Shown piece after piece: positions 1-13,558 of a stretch of 33,125 nt of DNA. This stretch comes from Chiloscyllium plagiosum (taxonomy: Eukaryota): the NCBI RefSeq assembly GCF_004010195.1, contig NW_025215049.1, positions 8,204-41,328 of the forward strand. Reading direction: 5' to 3'. Made by a program: the position numbers and the translations under genes. How positions within the stretch are numbered: the first letter of the stretch is position 1; the number at the start of each line of letters is the position of its first letter. Under the pieces are notes generated by a model. That model saw only the letters and a program-made list of their open reading frames with translations, ran no database searches and was not told the DNA's origin.

Positions 1-180
1 GCGGTGAGAGTCAGGTTGGGAACGGTTTGTGGATGGCTGTGAGGATCAGGCTGGGAGCGGTGTGCGTATGGCAGTGAGGGTTAGGCCGGGGGCAGTGTGT
101 AGATGTCGGTGAGTGTCAGGCTGTGTTTCGTGTGTGGATGGCAGTGAGGGTCAGGCAGGTGCCAGTGTGTGGCCGGCGAT
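1..180. repeat. 35-bp minisatellite (consensus ~GCAGTGAGGGTCAGGCTGGGAGCGGTGTGTGGATG), ~5 diverged copies, truncated by window start
   Basis: Unit starts recur at 1, 36, 71, 106, 141 and 176 (GCGGTGAGA/GCTGTGAGG/GCAGTGAGG/TCGGTGAGT/GCAGTGAGG). Confidence 0.85.
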
Positions 181-2277
181 GACATACTGTGACATTCTCT
201 GACAGACTGTGACATACTCTGACCCGCTCTCAGATGCACTGTGACACTCTCTCTAACACACTGTGACACGCTCTGTCTCTCTCTGACACTCTTTGAGACA
301 TACTGTGGCACTCTCTGACTCTCTCTGACACTCCCCCAAAACACAATGTGACACTCTCTGACAGACTGTGACAGACTGTGGCACTCCCTGACACACTATA
401 ACACTCTCTGACGACTGTGACACACTCTGACACATGGTGAAATTCACTGTGACACTGTGACACTCTTTAAGACACACTGTGACACTCTCTGACTATCTCT
501 GAGTCACACTATGATTCTCTCTAACAGTCTATGACACACTATGACATTCTCTGACTTTCTCTGACACTCTATGAGGAATACTGTGACACTCTCTGATGCT
601 CTCTGACACTCTCTTAGACACACGGCGACACTCTGACACTCTCTGACACTCTCTAAGACACACAGTGACACTCTCTGACTCTCTCTCTGACACTCTCCGA
701 AACACAATGTGACACTCTGTGAATCTCTGACTCTCTGAGACACACTGTGACTCTCTGTGACCCTCTCTACCTCTCTGAGACACAGTATCACACTCTGTGA
801 CTCTCTCTGACAGTCTCTGAGAAACACTGTGACACTTTCTGACTTTCTGTCACTCTCTGAGACACACTGTAACCCTCTCTGACAGACTGTGACCCTCTCC
901 GAGACAAACACTGATACTCTCTGAGACACAGCATGATTCACTGTGACACTCTCTGACTCTCTTTGTCACTCTCTGAAATACACTATAACCTTCTCTGACA
1001 GACTGTGACACACTGTGGCACTCTCTGACAGACTGTGACACACTATGACACTCTCTTAGACACACTGCGATACAATTTGATTATCTCTGATACTTTGAGA
1101 CACACTGTGACACTATGTGACTCTCTCTGACACTTTGAAACACACTGTGACAATCTCTGACTCTCTCTATCTCTGAGTCACACTATGATCCTCTCTAACA
1201 TTCTCTGTCTTTCTCTGACACCCACTGAGGCAAACTGTGACACTCTCTGACAGACTGTGACACACTGTGACGCACTCTGACCCTCTCTGAGACAGACTGT
1301 GACCCTCTCTGACGCTCTCTGACACTCTCTTAGACACACGGTGACACTCTCTAACTCTCTCTGACACACACTGTGACATTCTCTGACACACTGTGACATA
1401 TTAGGAGATACTCTGATGCTCTCTGTGACACACTGTGACACGTTCCGTCTCTCTATGATTCCCTGAGACTCATTTTGACACTCACTGCCACACTGTGACA
1501 CTGACTGACTGTGACACTCCCTGACACACGATGACATTCTCTGAGACATTGTGACACTCTCTGAGGCACACTGTGACACTTTCTGGCTCTCTCTGACTCT
1601 CTGGGACACACTGTGACACTCTCTGAGACGCACTGTGACACTCTCTAACAGACTGTGACACTCTCTGTCTCTCTCCGACACTGAGACACACTGTGACTCT
1701 GACTCTTTCTCTGACACTCTCCGAAACACATGGTGACACTCTTGACCGACTGTGACAGACTGTGCCACTCCCTCACACACTGTAACACTCTCTTACTTAC
1801 TGACTGTGACACACTCTGACACATGGTGAAATTCTCTGTGACACTGTGACACGCTCTGAGACACACTGTAGTACTCTCTGTCTCTCTCTGACACTCTGAG
1901 ACAAGCTGTGACACTCTGTGCCTCTCTCTGACACTCTTTGAGACGCACTGTGACACTCTGTGACTCTCTCTGTCACTCTCTGAAACACAATGTGGCACTC
2001 TCTGACAGACTGTGACAGACTGTGACACACTCTTACCCTCTCGGAGACAAACTGTGACGCTCTCTGACAATCTCTTAGACACACGGTGACACTCTCTGAC
2101 TCTCTCTGACACTCTGAGACACACTGTGACACTCTGTGACTCTCTGACTCTCTGAGACACACTGTGACACTCTCCGACCCTCTCTGAGACACACTGTGAT
2201 ATTCAAAGTTTGGGAGAAGATTTGTAGCTCGGGTGCTCGTCGTTGTGGTTCTGTTTACCGAGCTGGGAATTTGTGTT

Positions 2278-2317
2278 GCAAACGTTTCGTCCCCTGTCTA
2301 GGTGACATTCTCAGTGC
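2278..2317 (-). ncRNA. Degenerate minimal type I hammerhead ribozyme of PLE terminal repeat
   Basis: Minus strand: GCA-CTGAGAA-T-GTCACC-TAGACA-GGGGAC-GAAA-CGTT-TGC. Stems I and II and GAAA are present; the core CUGANGA has a G>A change. Confidence 0.65.
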
Positions 2318-2414
2318 TTGGGAGCCTCCTGTGAAGCGCGTGTGTGATGTTTCCTCCAGCATTTATAGTGGCCTGTCTCTGCCGCTTCCGGTTGTCAGTT
2401 CTAGCTGTCCGCTG

Positions 2415-2704
2415 TACAAATTCCCATGCAAGGACTGCACAAAACACTACATAGGACAAACAGGAAGTCAGCTAACGATCCGTATTCATGAACACCAACT
2501 AGCCATGAAACGACACGACCAGCTATCCTTAGTAGCCACACACGCAGATGACAAGCAACATGAATTCGACTGGGACAACACTACCATTATAGGGCAAGCC
2601 AAACAGAGAACCGCCAGGGAATTCCTAGAGGCATGGCACTCATCCACAGACTCTATCAACAAACACATCGACCTGGACCCAATATACCGGCCACTTCAGC
2701 GGAC
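2415..2704 (+). pseudogene. GIY-YIG endonuclease C-terminal domain fragment of a Penelope-like element
   Basis: Translation (V)YKxPCxxC..YIGQT..L..R..EH...E.LE...N is the PLE GIY-YIG signature. The N-terminal part of the 2196-2741 ORF is antisense sequence and not genuine. Confidence 0.88.
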
Positions 2705-5700
2705 TGTGATTCTCTCTGAGACACACTGTGATTCTCTCTGAGACACTCTGTGGAACTCTCTGAACCTCTCTGACACTCTTTGAGAAACACTGTCTCATTC
2801 TCTGCCTCTCTCTGTCTCTCTGAGACATATTGTGGGACTCTCTGACACTCTCTGTGACAGACAATGACACTCTCTGACACACAGTGACACTCTCTGACCG
2901 ACTGTGACACTCTCCCACACACGACGAAATTTTCTGAGACATTGTGACACTCTCTGAGACACCCTGTGACACTTTCTGACAGATTGTGACTCTCTCTGAG
3001 ACAAACTCTGACCATCTCCGACACTCTCTGAGACACAATGTGACACACTGTGGAACACTCTAACTCTCTCTTAGACACACTGTGATACTCTCTGAGACAC
3101 ACTGTGACACTCTCTGACACACATTATGGGACTCTCTGACACTCTCTGTGACACACCGTGACACACTCAAAAACACACTGTGAAACTCTCTGACTCTCTC
3201 TGACACTCTGTTAGACACACTATGACACTCTGTCTCTCTCTGACACTCCCTGAGCCTCAATGCAACACTCTCTGACTCTCTCTGTGATATACTTTGACAC
3301 TCTCTGACACTCTCTGACACTCACTGAGACACACTGTGACACTTTCTGACTCTTTCTGTCACTCTCAGAGACACACTCTGATATTCTCTGACAGACTGTG
3401 ACCCTGTCTGAGACAAACGTTGAGCCTGTCTGACACTCTCTCAGACACAGTATGACTCACTGTGACACTCTCTGACTTCGCCTGACAAACTCTGAAATAC
3501 ATTGTAAGATTCTCTGACAGACTGTGTCACACTGTGACACTCTCTGAGACAAACGCTGACCCTCTCTGACACTCTCTGAGACACAGTATGACTCACCATG
3601 ACACTCTCTGACTCTCTCTGAAAAACATTGTAACCTTCTCTGACAGACTGTGACAGACTGTGACACACTATGACACTCTCTTATACACACTGTGACACTC
3701 TCTTTCTATCTCTGACACTCTGGGAAACACTGAGATAATCTCTGACGCTCTCTGAGACACACTGTAACACTCTCTTACTCTTTCTGACACTCTCTGAGTC
3801 ACACTATGACACTCTCTCACAGACTATGACACACTGTGACATTCTCTGACTTTCTCTGACACAATGAGATACAATGTAACATTCTCTGACAGACTGTGAC
3901 CCTCTCTGAGCCAAATGCTGACACTCTCTGACTCAATGTGACACTTTCTGACTCTCTCTGACACGCTCTGATGTACAATGTAACATTCTCTGACAGACTG
4001 TCACAATGTGACACTCTCTGAGACAAACTGTGACACTTTCTGATTCTCTCTGACTCTCTGAGAGCACTGTCATTCTTTCTTAGACACACTGTGACACTCT
4101 CCGACTCTCTCTGAGACAGACTGCGACACACTGTGACACTCTGTGACTCTATCTGCAACACTGGAACACACTATGTCACTCTCTGTCCCTCTCTGAGACA
4201 CACTGTGACACACTCTGACAGACTGCGACACTCTCTGGGACTCACTGAGACACTCTCAGACAAACTGTCACACACTCTGACAGACTGCGACACTCTCTGG
4301 GACTCACTGAGACACTCTCTGAGACACACTGTGACACTCTGACTCTCTCTGAAACACACTGTGACACTCGTTGACAGATTGTGATACTTTATGACTCTCC
4401 CTAAATCTCTGAGAGACACTGTGACACTCTCTGACTCTCTTTGAATCTCTCTGTGACACTGTCTGAGACACACTGTGGCACTCTCTGACTCTCTTTGAAT
4501 CTCTCTGTGGCACTCTTTGACACTGTTTGAGATTCGCTGTGACACTGGGTGACTCTATCTGCCACACTGGAATACACTATGTCACTCTCTGTCCCACACT
4601 GTGACACACTCTGACAGACTGCGACACTCTCTGACAGACGGTGACATTTTCTGCGACACTGCGACACTCTCTGAGACACACTGTGACACTTTCCGTCTCT
4701 CTCTGACTCCCTGAGACACACTGTAAAACTCTATGAGATAGACTGTGACACTCTCTGAGACACACTGTGACACTCACTGACACTCTCTGACTCTCTCTCT
4801 GAGGCACGGTATGACATACTGTGACACACTCTGACTCACTCTGACACTCTATGAGACACACTGTAACACTCTCTGAGACACACTGTGATACAGTCTGACT
4901 CTCCATGACACTCTCTGAGGCACAGTATGACACACTGTGACACTTTCTGACTCACTCTGACACACTCTGAAATACAATGTAACATTCTCTGACAGACTGT
5001 CACAATGTCACACTCTCTGAGACAGACTGTGAAACTTTCTGACTCTCCCTGAGTCTCTGAGACACACTGGGACACAAAGTGACACTATCTGACTCTTTCT
5101 GAAACTCTCTTAGACACACTGTAACATTCTCTGACTCTATCTGACACTCTCTCAGACACACTGTAACACTCTCTGACTCACTCTGACACTTTGAGATGCA
5201 CTGTGACACTCTCTGATCCTATCTGACAATCTCTGAGACACACTGTGACACTCTCTGACAGATTGTAACACTTTATGACTCTCCCTGAATCTCTGAGACA
5301 CACTGTGACACTCTGACTCTCTCTAAAACTCTCTGTGACACTCTCTGACACTGTCTGAGACACACTCTGACACTCTCTGACTCTATCTACCACACTGGAA
5401 CACTCTCTGTCCCTCTGTGAGACACACTGTGACACACCCTAACAGACTGCGACACTCTCTGGGACACACTGACACTCTCTGACAGACGGTGACATTTTCT
5501 GAGACACTGTGACACTCGCTGTGACATACTGTGACACTTGCTGTCTCTCTCTGACTGAGACACTCGGTCACTCTCTGAGACACACTGTGACATTTTTTGA
5601 CTCTCTCTTAAACTCTCTGGGACACACTGTGTCACTCTCTGACTCTCTCTGAGAAACACTGTGACACTCTCTGACAGACTGTGACAGACTGTGACAATTT

Positions 5701-8700
5701 CGGAGAAACACGATGACACTCTCTGACCTATTGTGACACTCTGTGACACTCGGTGACATTTTCTGCGACACTGCGACACTCTCTGAGACACACTGTGACA
5801 CTCTCTCACAGAATGTGACCCTCTCTGAGCCAAATGCTTTTACTCTCTGAGACATAGTATGACACATTGTGACACTTTCGAACTCTCTCTGACACATTCT
5901 GAAATACAATGTAACATTCTCTGACAGACTGTCACAATATGACACTCTCTGAAACAAATTGTGACTCTTTCTGACTCTCTCTGACTCTCAGAGACGCACT
6001 GTCATCCTCTCTTAGACACACTGTGACACACTGTGACACTCTATGACACTCTCTGAGGCACACCGCGACACTCTGACAGACTGTGTCACACTGAAACACT
6101 CTCAAAGACAGATTATGACACTTTTTGACTCTCTCTCTCTCTGACTCTCTGAGACACACTGTAACACACACTGAAACAATCTGACACTTTCTGACTCTCT
6201 CTGACTCTCTAGGAAACACTGTGACACTCACTGAGACACACTGTGACACTCTCTGACGCTCTCTGAGGCGCACTGTGACACTCTCTGACAGACTGAGATG
6301 CACTGAAACACACTGTGACACTCTCTGACTCTCTCTGAGGCACACTGTAACACTCTCTGACAGACTGTGACAGACTGAAACACTCTCTGAGAGACTGTGG
6401 CAGACTGTGCCACTCTCTGAGACACACTGTGACACTCGCTAACATTCTCTGAAACACACTGTGACACTCTCTGACAGACTGCGACACAATATGACACTCT
6501 CTGACACTCTCAGAAACACACGCTCAGAGACATACTGTGACACTCTCTGAGACAAACTATGACACTTTCTGACTCTCCCTGACTCTCTGAGGCAGACTGT
6601 GACACTTTCTGACAGACTATAACACACTGAAACACTATGTGACTCTCTCTGGCACTCTGAGACACACTGTGACACTCTCTGACTCTCTCTGAAACACACT
6701 ATTACACTCTCTGAGACACTGTGACACACTGCCGCTTTCTGAGACACACTATGACACTCTCTGACTCTCTCTGAGACACTCTGTGACACACACTGACTCT
6801 GACACTCTCAGAAGCACAGAATGACAAACTGTGACACTCTCTGAGACACACTGTGAAACTCTCTGACTCTCTCTGACACTTTCTCAGACACACCGTAACA
6901 CTCTCTGACTCTCTCTGACATTTTGAGATGCACTGTGACACTCTCTGATCTTATCTGACTCTCTGATACACACTGTGACACTCGCTGACAGATTGTGACA
7001 CTTCATGACTCTCCCTGAATCTCTGACACACATTGTGACACTCTCTGACGTTCTCTGAAACTCTCTGTGTCACTCTCTGACACACGCTGAGACACACTGT
7101 GACACTCTCTGACATTCTCTGAAACACACTGTGACATTCTCTGACAGACTGCGACACAATATGACACTCTCTGAAACACACTGTGACACTCTCTGAGACA
7201 CACTGTGACACTCTCTGACTCTCTTGAGACACACTGTGACACACACTGACTCTCTCTGACACACTGTGAGGCACATTATGACTCTCCAACACACTGTGAC
7301 ACTCTCTGAGACACACTGTGACACTCTGACACTCTCCAGCACACTGAGACACTCTCTGAGACACACTGTTTCATTCTCTGACACTCTCAAATCCACTGTG
7401 ACACTCTGTGGGACACAATGTGACACTCTCTGACACTCTCTGTGGCATACTGTGACACTTTCTACCACATCTGAAACACTCTGTGACACTCTCTGACAGA
7501 CGGTGACACACTGACATTCTCGTTGACAGACTGTGACACATTCTGACTCTCCCTGAGACACACTGTGCCACTCTCTGAATATCTCCGAGGCACACTGTGA
7601 CACTCTCTGATAGACTTTAACACACTGAAACACTATGTGACTCTCTCTGGCACTCTGAGACACACTGTGACACTCTCTGACTATCTCCGAGGTACACTGT
7701 GACACTCTCTGACAGACTGTAACAGACTGAAACACTATGTGACTCACTCTGGCACTCTGAGACACACGTTGACACTCTCTGTCTCTCTCTGAAACACACT
7801 GTTGCACTCTCTGAGAGATTGTGACACACTGTCGCTCTCTGTGAGACACTGTGACACTCTCTGACTCTCTTGAGACACACTGTGACACACACTGACTCTC
7901 TCTGACACACTGTGAGGCACATTATGACAAACTGTGACACTCTCTGAGACACACTGTGAAACTCTAACTTTCTCTGACACCCTCTCAGACACACTGTAAC
8001 ACTCTCTCTCTCTGATATTTTGAGATGCACTGTGACACTCTCTGATCTTATCTGACTCTCTCTGAAACACACTGAACACGCGATGACAGATTATGACACT
8101 TTATGACTATCCCTATATCTCTGAGATACATTGTGACACTCTCTGACTTTCTCTGAAACTCTCTGTGGCTCTCTCTGACAGACGCTGAGACACACTGTGA
8201 CACTCTCTGACTCGCTTAGACACACTGTGACACTCTCTGACACTCTCTTAAACACACTGTGACATTCTCTGACTCTTTCTGACACTCTTTAAGGCACACT
8301 ATGATACTCTCTGACAGACTGTGACACACTGAGACACTCACAAAGACAGACGGTGACATTTTCTGACTCTCTCTGACACTCTTTGAGGCACACTGTGATA
8401 CTCTCTGACAGACTGTGGCAAACTGAGGCACTCTCAAAGACAGACTGTGACACTTTCTGACTCTCTTTGACTCTCTCTGAAATATACTGTAACCTTCTCT
8501 GACAGACTGTGACACACTGTGACACTCTCTGAGACAGACTGTGACACGTTCTAACTCTCTCTGACACTCTGAGACACAGTGTGACACTCTCTGACTCTCG
8601 CTGAGGCACACTGTGACACTTTCTGACTCCCTCCGACACTCTGAGACACACTGTGACACTCTCTGAGACACATTGTGACACTCTCGGAGACAGACTGTGA

Positions 8701-11700
8701 CACTCTCGCAGACAGACTGTGACACTCTCAGACTCTATCTGATACACTCTGAGGCACAGCACGACACACTGTGACACTCTCTGACAGGTTGTGACAAACT
8801 GTGACATTCTCTGACACTCAGTTAGAAACACTCTGACACTCTCTGACTCTCTCTGTCACTCTCTGAGATACACTGTGTCACGCTCTGACAAACTGTGACA
8901 ATTTCTGTGACACACTATGACACTCTCTGAACTACTATGACACTTTCTGACATACGGTGACATTTTCCGAGACACTGTGACTCTCTCTGAGACACATTGT
9001 AACACTTTCTGTCTCTCTCTGATTCCCTGAGACACATAGTGAAACTATCTGACCCGTTCTGACACTCTCTGAGACACGCTGTAACACTCTCTCACAGACT
9101 GTGACACTCTGAGCCAAAAGCTGACACTCTCTGAGACACACTACGACACTCTCTGACACACTGTGACACACTGTGACATTCTCTGAGAATCAATCTGACA
9201 CTCTCTGACTCTCTCTGAAACTCTCAAACACACTATGACACTCTCTGACTCTCTCTGACACTCTTTCAGACACACCATGACACTCTCTGACTTTCTCTGA
9301 CACTTTGAGATGCACTGTGACACTCTCTGACCCTATCTTACACTCTCTGAGACACACTGTGACACTCTCTGACTCTCTTTGAAACACACTGTGACACTCG
9401 CTGACAGATTGTGAAACTTTGTGACTCTCCCTGAATCTCTGAGACACACTGTGACATCTCTGACTCTCTCTGAAACTCTCTGTGGCACTCCGTGACACAC
9501 CGAAAAATACACTGTGACACTCTCTGGCTCTCTCTGAAACTCTCTGTGACACTCTCTGACTCATGCTGAGACACACTGGAACACTCTCTAGCACTTTCTC
9601 AAACACACTGCGACACTCTCTGATCCTATCTGACTCTCTCTGAGACAGACTGTGACACTTTCTGAATCTCTCTGACTCTCTGAGACACACTGTAACACTC
9701 TCTGATTCTCTGAGACGCACTGTGACACTCACTGACAGACTGTGACACACTGAAACACTCTCTGAGAGACTGTGACACACACTGAGACACACTGTGACAC
9801 ACTCTGACATTCTCTGAAACACACTGTGACATTCCCTGACTCTCTCTGAGACACACTGTGACACTCACTGACTCTCTCTGACACTCTGCGACTCACTCTG
9901 ACACTCTCGGAGACACACAGTGATACAGTCTGACTTTCTATGACACTCTCTCAGACACAGTATGACACACTGTGACACTTTCTGACATCTCTGACACACT
10001 CTGAAATGCATGTAACATTCTCTGACAGACAGTGACCCTCTCTGAACCAAATGCTGACACTCTCTGACACTCTCTGAGACACAGTATGACACACTGTGAC
10101 ACTTTCTGACTCTCTCTGACTCACTCTGAAATACAATGTAACATTCTCTGACAGACTGTCACAATATGACACTCTCTGAGACAAATTGTGAATCTTTCTG
10201 ACTCTCTCTGACTCTCTGAGTCACACTGTCATCCTCTCTTAGACACACTGTGACACACTGTGACACTCTCTGACACACTCTGAGGCACACTGTGACACTC
10301 TCTGACAGACTGTGTCACACTGAGACGACACTCTAAAAGACAGATTAAGACACTTTCTGACTCTCTCTCTCGCTGTGAGACACACTGTGACACTCACTGA
10401 GACAATCTGACACTTTCTGACTCTCTCTCTCTGAAACACACTGTGACACTCTCTAACACTCTCCAACACACTGTGGCAATCTCTGTGACACTCTGTGACA
10501 CTCTCTGACTCTCTCCAACCCACTGTGACACTCTCTGAGACACACTGTGACACTCTCAAACACTCTCTGTCATCCTCTCTTAGACACACTGTGACACACT
10601 GTGACACTCTCTGACACACTCTGAGGCACACTGTGACACTTTCAAACACAGATTAAGACACTTGCTGACTCTCTCTCTCTCTCTGAGACTCACTGTGACA
10701 CTCACTGAGACAATCTGACCATTTCTGACACTCTCTGACACTCACCGAAACACACTGTGACACTCTCGAACACTCTCTAACACACTGTGACACTCTCTGT
10801 GAAACACTATGTCACTCACTGACACTCTCCAGCACACTGTGACACTCTCTAAGACACACTGTGACACTCTCTGACACTCTCCAACCCACTGTGACACTCT
10901 CTGAGACACACAGTGACACTCTCAGACACTCTCTGTGGCATATTGTGACACTTTCTAGCACATCTGAAACACTCTGTGACACTCTCTGACAGATTATGAC
11001 ACTTTCTGACACTCTCTCTCTGACTCTCTGAGACACACTGGGACACTCACTGAGACAAACTGACACTTTCTGACACTCTCTGACACTCACTGAAACACAC
11101 TGTGACACTCTCGAACACTCTCCAACACACTGTGACACTCACTGAGACACACTGTGACACTCTGACGCGCTCTGAGGCGCACTGTGACACTCTCTGACAG
11201 ACTGTGACGGACTGAAACACTGTCTGAGAGACTGTGGCAGGCTGTGACACTCTCTGAGACACACTGTGACACTCTCTGACACTCACCGAAACACACTGTG
11301 ACACTCTCTAACACTCTCCAACACACTGTGACACTCTCTGTGACACACTGTGACACTGACTGACACTCTCCAGCACACTGTGACAATCTCTAAGACACAC
11401 TGTGACACTCTCTGACACTCTCCAACCCACTGTGACACTCTCTGAGACACACTGTGACACTCTCAGACACTCTCTGTGGCATATTGTGACACTTTCTAGC
11501 ACATCTGAAACACTCTGTGACACTCTCTGACAGACGGTGACACACTGTGACACTCTATGACAGACTGTGTCACACTGTGTCACTCTCTGACAGATTATGA
11601 CACTTTCTGACACTCTCTCTGTGACTCTTTGAGACACACTGGGACACTCACTGAGACAATATGACACTTTCTGACTCTCTCTGACTCTCTGATACACACT

Positions 11701-13241
11701 GTGACACTCACTGAGACACACTGTGACACTCTGACGCGCTCTGAGGCGCACTGTGACACTCTGACAGACTGTGACGGACTGAAACACTGTCTGAGAGACT
11801 GAGGCAGGCTCTGACACTCTCTGAGACACACAGTGACACCGTCAAAGACAGACTGTGTCACTTTCTGACTCTCTGAGACACACTGTGACACGCACTGACT
11901 CTCTCTGACACTCTGTGACTCACTCTGACACTCTCGGAGACACACTGTGATACAGTCTGACTTTCTATGACACTCTCTCAGACACAGTATGACACACTGT
12001 GACACTTCCTGATATCTCCTACACACTCTGAAATACAATGTAACATTCTCTGACAGAGAGTGACCCTCTCTGAGCCAAATGCTGACACTCTCCGACACTG
12101 TCTGAGACACAGTATGACACACTGTGACACTTTCTGATTCTCTCTGACTCACTCTGAAACACAATGCAACATTCTCTGACAGACTGTCACAATATGACAC
12201 TCTCTGAGACAAATTGTGACTCTTTCTGAATCTCTCTGACTCTCTGAGACACACTGTCATCCTCTCTTAGACACACTGTGACACTTTGTGACACTCTATG
12301 ACACTCTCTGACAGACTGTGTCACACTGAGACACTCTCAAAGATAGATTAAGACACTTTCTGACTCTCTCTCTCTCTGAGACGCACTGTGACACTCACTG
12401 AGACAATCTGACACTTTCTGACTCTCTGACTCTCTGAGACACACTGTGACACTCACTGAGACAATCTGACATTTTCTGACACTCTCTGACACTCACCGAA
12501 ACACACTGTGACACTCTGACACTCACCGAAACACACTGTGACACTCACTGACACTCTCCAGCACACTGTGACACACTCTGACACTCTCCAACCAACTGTG
12601 ACACTCTCTGAGACACTCTGTGACACCGTCAAAGACAGACTGTGTCACTTTCTGACTCTCTGAGAAGCGCCGTGACACTCTCTGACACTCTTTCAAACAC
12701 ACTGTGACACTCTCTGACTCAATGTGACACTCTCTGACACTCTCTGACGCGCTCTCAAACACACTGCGACACTCTCTGAGACACACTGTGACACTCTCAT
12801 GGGGACTGTGACACACTCTGACACACTGACAGTCGGTGAGACGCACTGTGACACCCTCTGAAACACACTGTGACACGCTCTGACACTCTCTGAAAAGCAC
12901 TGTGACACGCTCTGGCACTCTCTGAAAAGCACTGTGACACTCTCTGACAGACTGTGTCACTTTCTGACTCTCTGAGACACACTGTGACACTCACTGAGAC
13001 ACACTGTGACACTCTGACGCGCTCTGAGGCTCACTGTGACACTCACTGACAGACTGTGACGGACTGAAACACTGTCTGAGAGACTGTGGCAGGCTGTGAC
13101 ACTCTCTGGGACACACTGTGACACTCTCTGGCACACTGTGACACCGTCAAAGACAGACTGTGTCACTTTCTGACTCTCTGAGACACGCTGTGACACTCTC
13201 TGACACTCTTTCAAACACACTGCGACACTCTCTGAGACATG

Positions 13242-13558
13242 TGGGCGGCACGGTGGTACAGTGGTTAGCACTGCTGCCTCACAGCGCCAGAGACCCGGGT
13301 TCAATTCCCGCCTCAGGCGACTGACTGTGTGGAGTTTGCACATTCCCCCTGTGTCAGCGTGGGTTTCCTCCGGGTGCTCCGGTTTCCTCCCACAGTCCAA
13401 AGATGTGCAGGGTCAGGTGAATTGGCCATGCTAAATTGTCCGTAGTGTTAGATAAGGGGTGAATGTAGGGGTATGGGTGGGTTGCGGGTCGGTGTGGACT
13501 TGTTGGGCCGAAGGGCCTGTTTCCACCCTGTAAAGTAATCTAATCTAATCTAAAAAAA
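13242..13558 (+). mobile_element. HE1-type tRNA-derived SINE, full length
   Basis: tRNA-like head GGGCGGCACGGTGGTACAGTGGTTAGCACTGCTGCCTCACAGCGCC, CR1/HER1-like tail GGGCCTGTTTCC, then (TAATC)n and an A-run. Possible TSD ACATG (13237-13241 / 13559-13563). Confidence 0.93.
13254..13308 (+). promoter_or_regulatory. RNA polymerase III internal promoter of the SINE (A box 13254-13264, B box 13298-13308)
   Basis: TGGTACAGTGG (near-consensus A box) and GGTTCAATTCC (B box) at tRNA-like spacing. Confidence 0.8.

Larger units (their letters stand above)
2201..2704 (-). mobile_element. Penelope-like element (Penelope/Poseidon-type) 3' fragment with inverted 5' part, inserted in the satellite
   Basis: 2201-2414 reads as the element 3' end on the minus strand and includes a hammerhead-like motif. 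2415-2704 on plus encodes YKFPCKDCTKHYIGQTG...RIHEH...REFLEAWHS...SIN (GIY-YIG). Flanked by ACTGTGAT at 2193-2200 and 2703-2710. Confidence 0.9.
181..13240. repeat. ~13-kb complex satellite / low-complexity tandem array, core ~22 bp CTGAGACACACTGTGACACTCT with 10-12-nt submotifs and higher-order blocks
   Basis: Continuous recurrence of CTGTGACACTCTCTGA and GAGACACAC motifs. The minus-strand S/V/C/Q/R/E-rich ORFs are translations of this repeat. Confidence 0.97.

Noticed and set aside
2196..2741. Intact 181-aa endonuclease gene
   Set aside because: Chimeric ORF: antisense PLE 3' end + GIY-YIG fragment + satellite, with a GTG start.
181..13240. CRISPR-like array
   Set aside because: No constant repeat with unique spacers, no cas genes, eukaryotic context.
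13242..13315. tRNA gene
   Set aside because: It is the tRNA-derived head of an HE1 SINE, continuing into SINE body and tail; same for 23975-24050 and 32923-33000.
81..13400. Dozens of overlapping minus-strand ORFs rich in S/V/C/Q/R/E (mucin- or keratin-associated-like appearance)
   Set aside because: They occur in all three frames and result from stop-codon scarcity in the satellite; no domain or splice structure.
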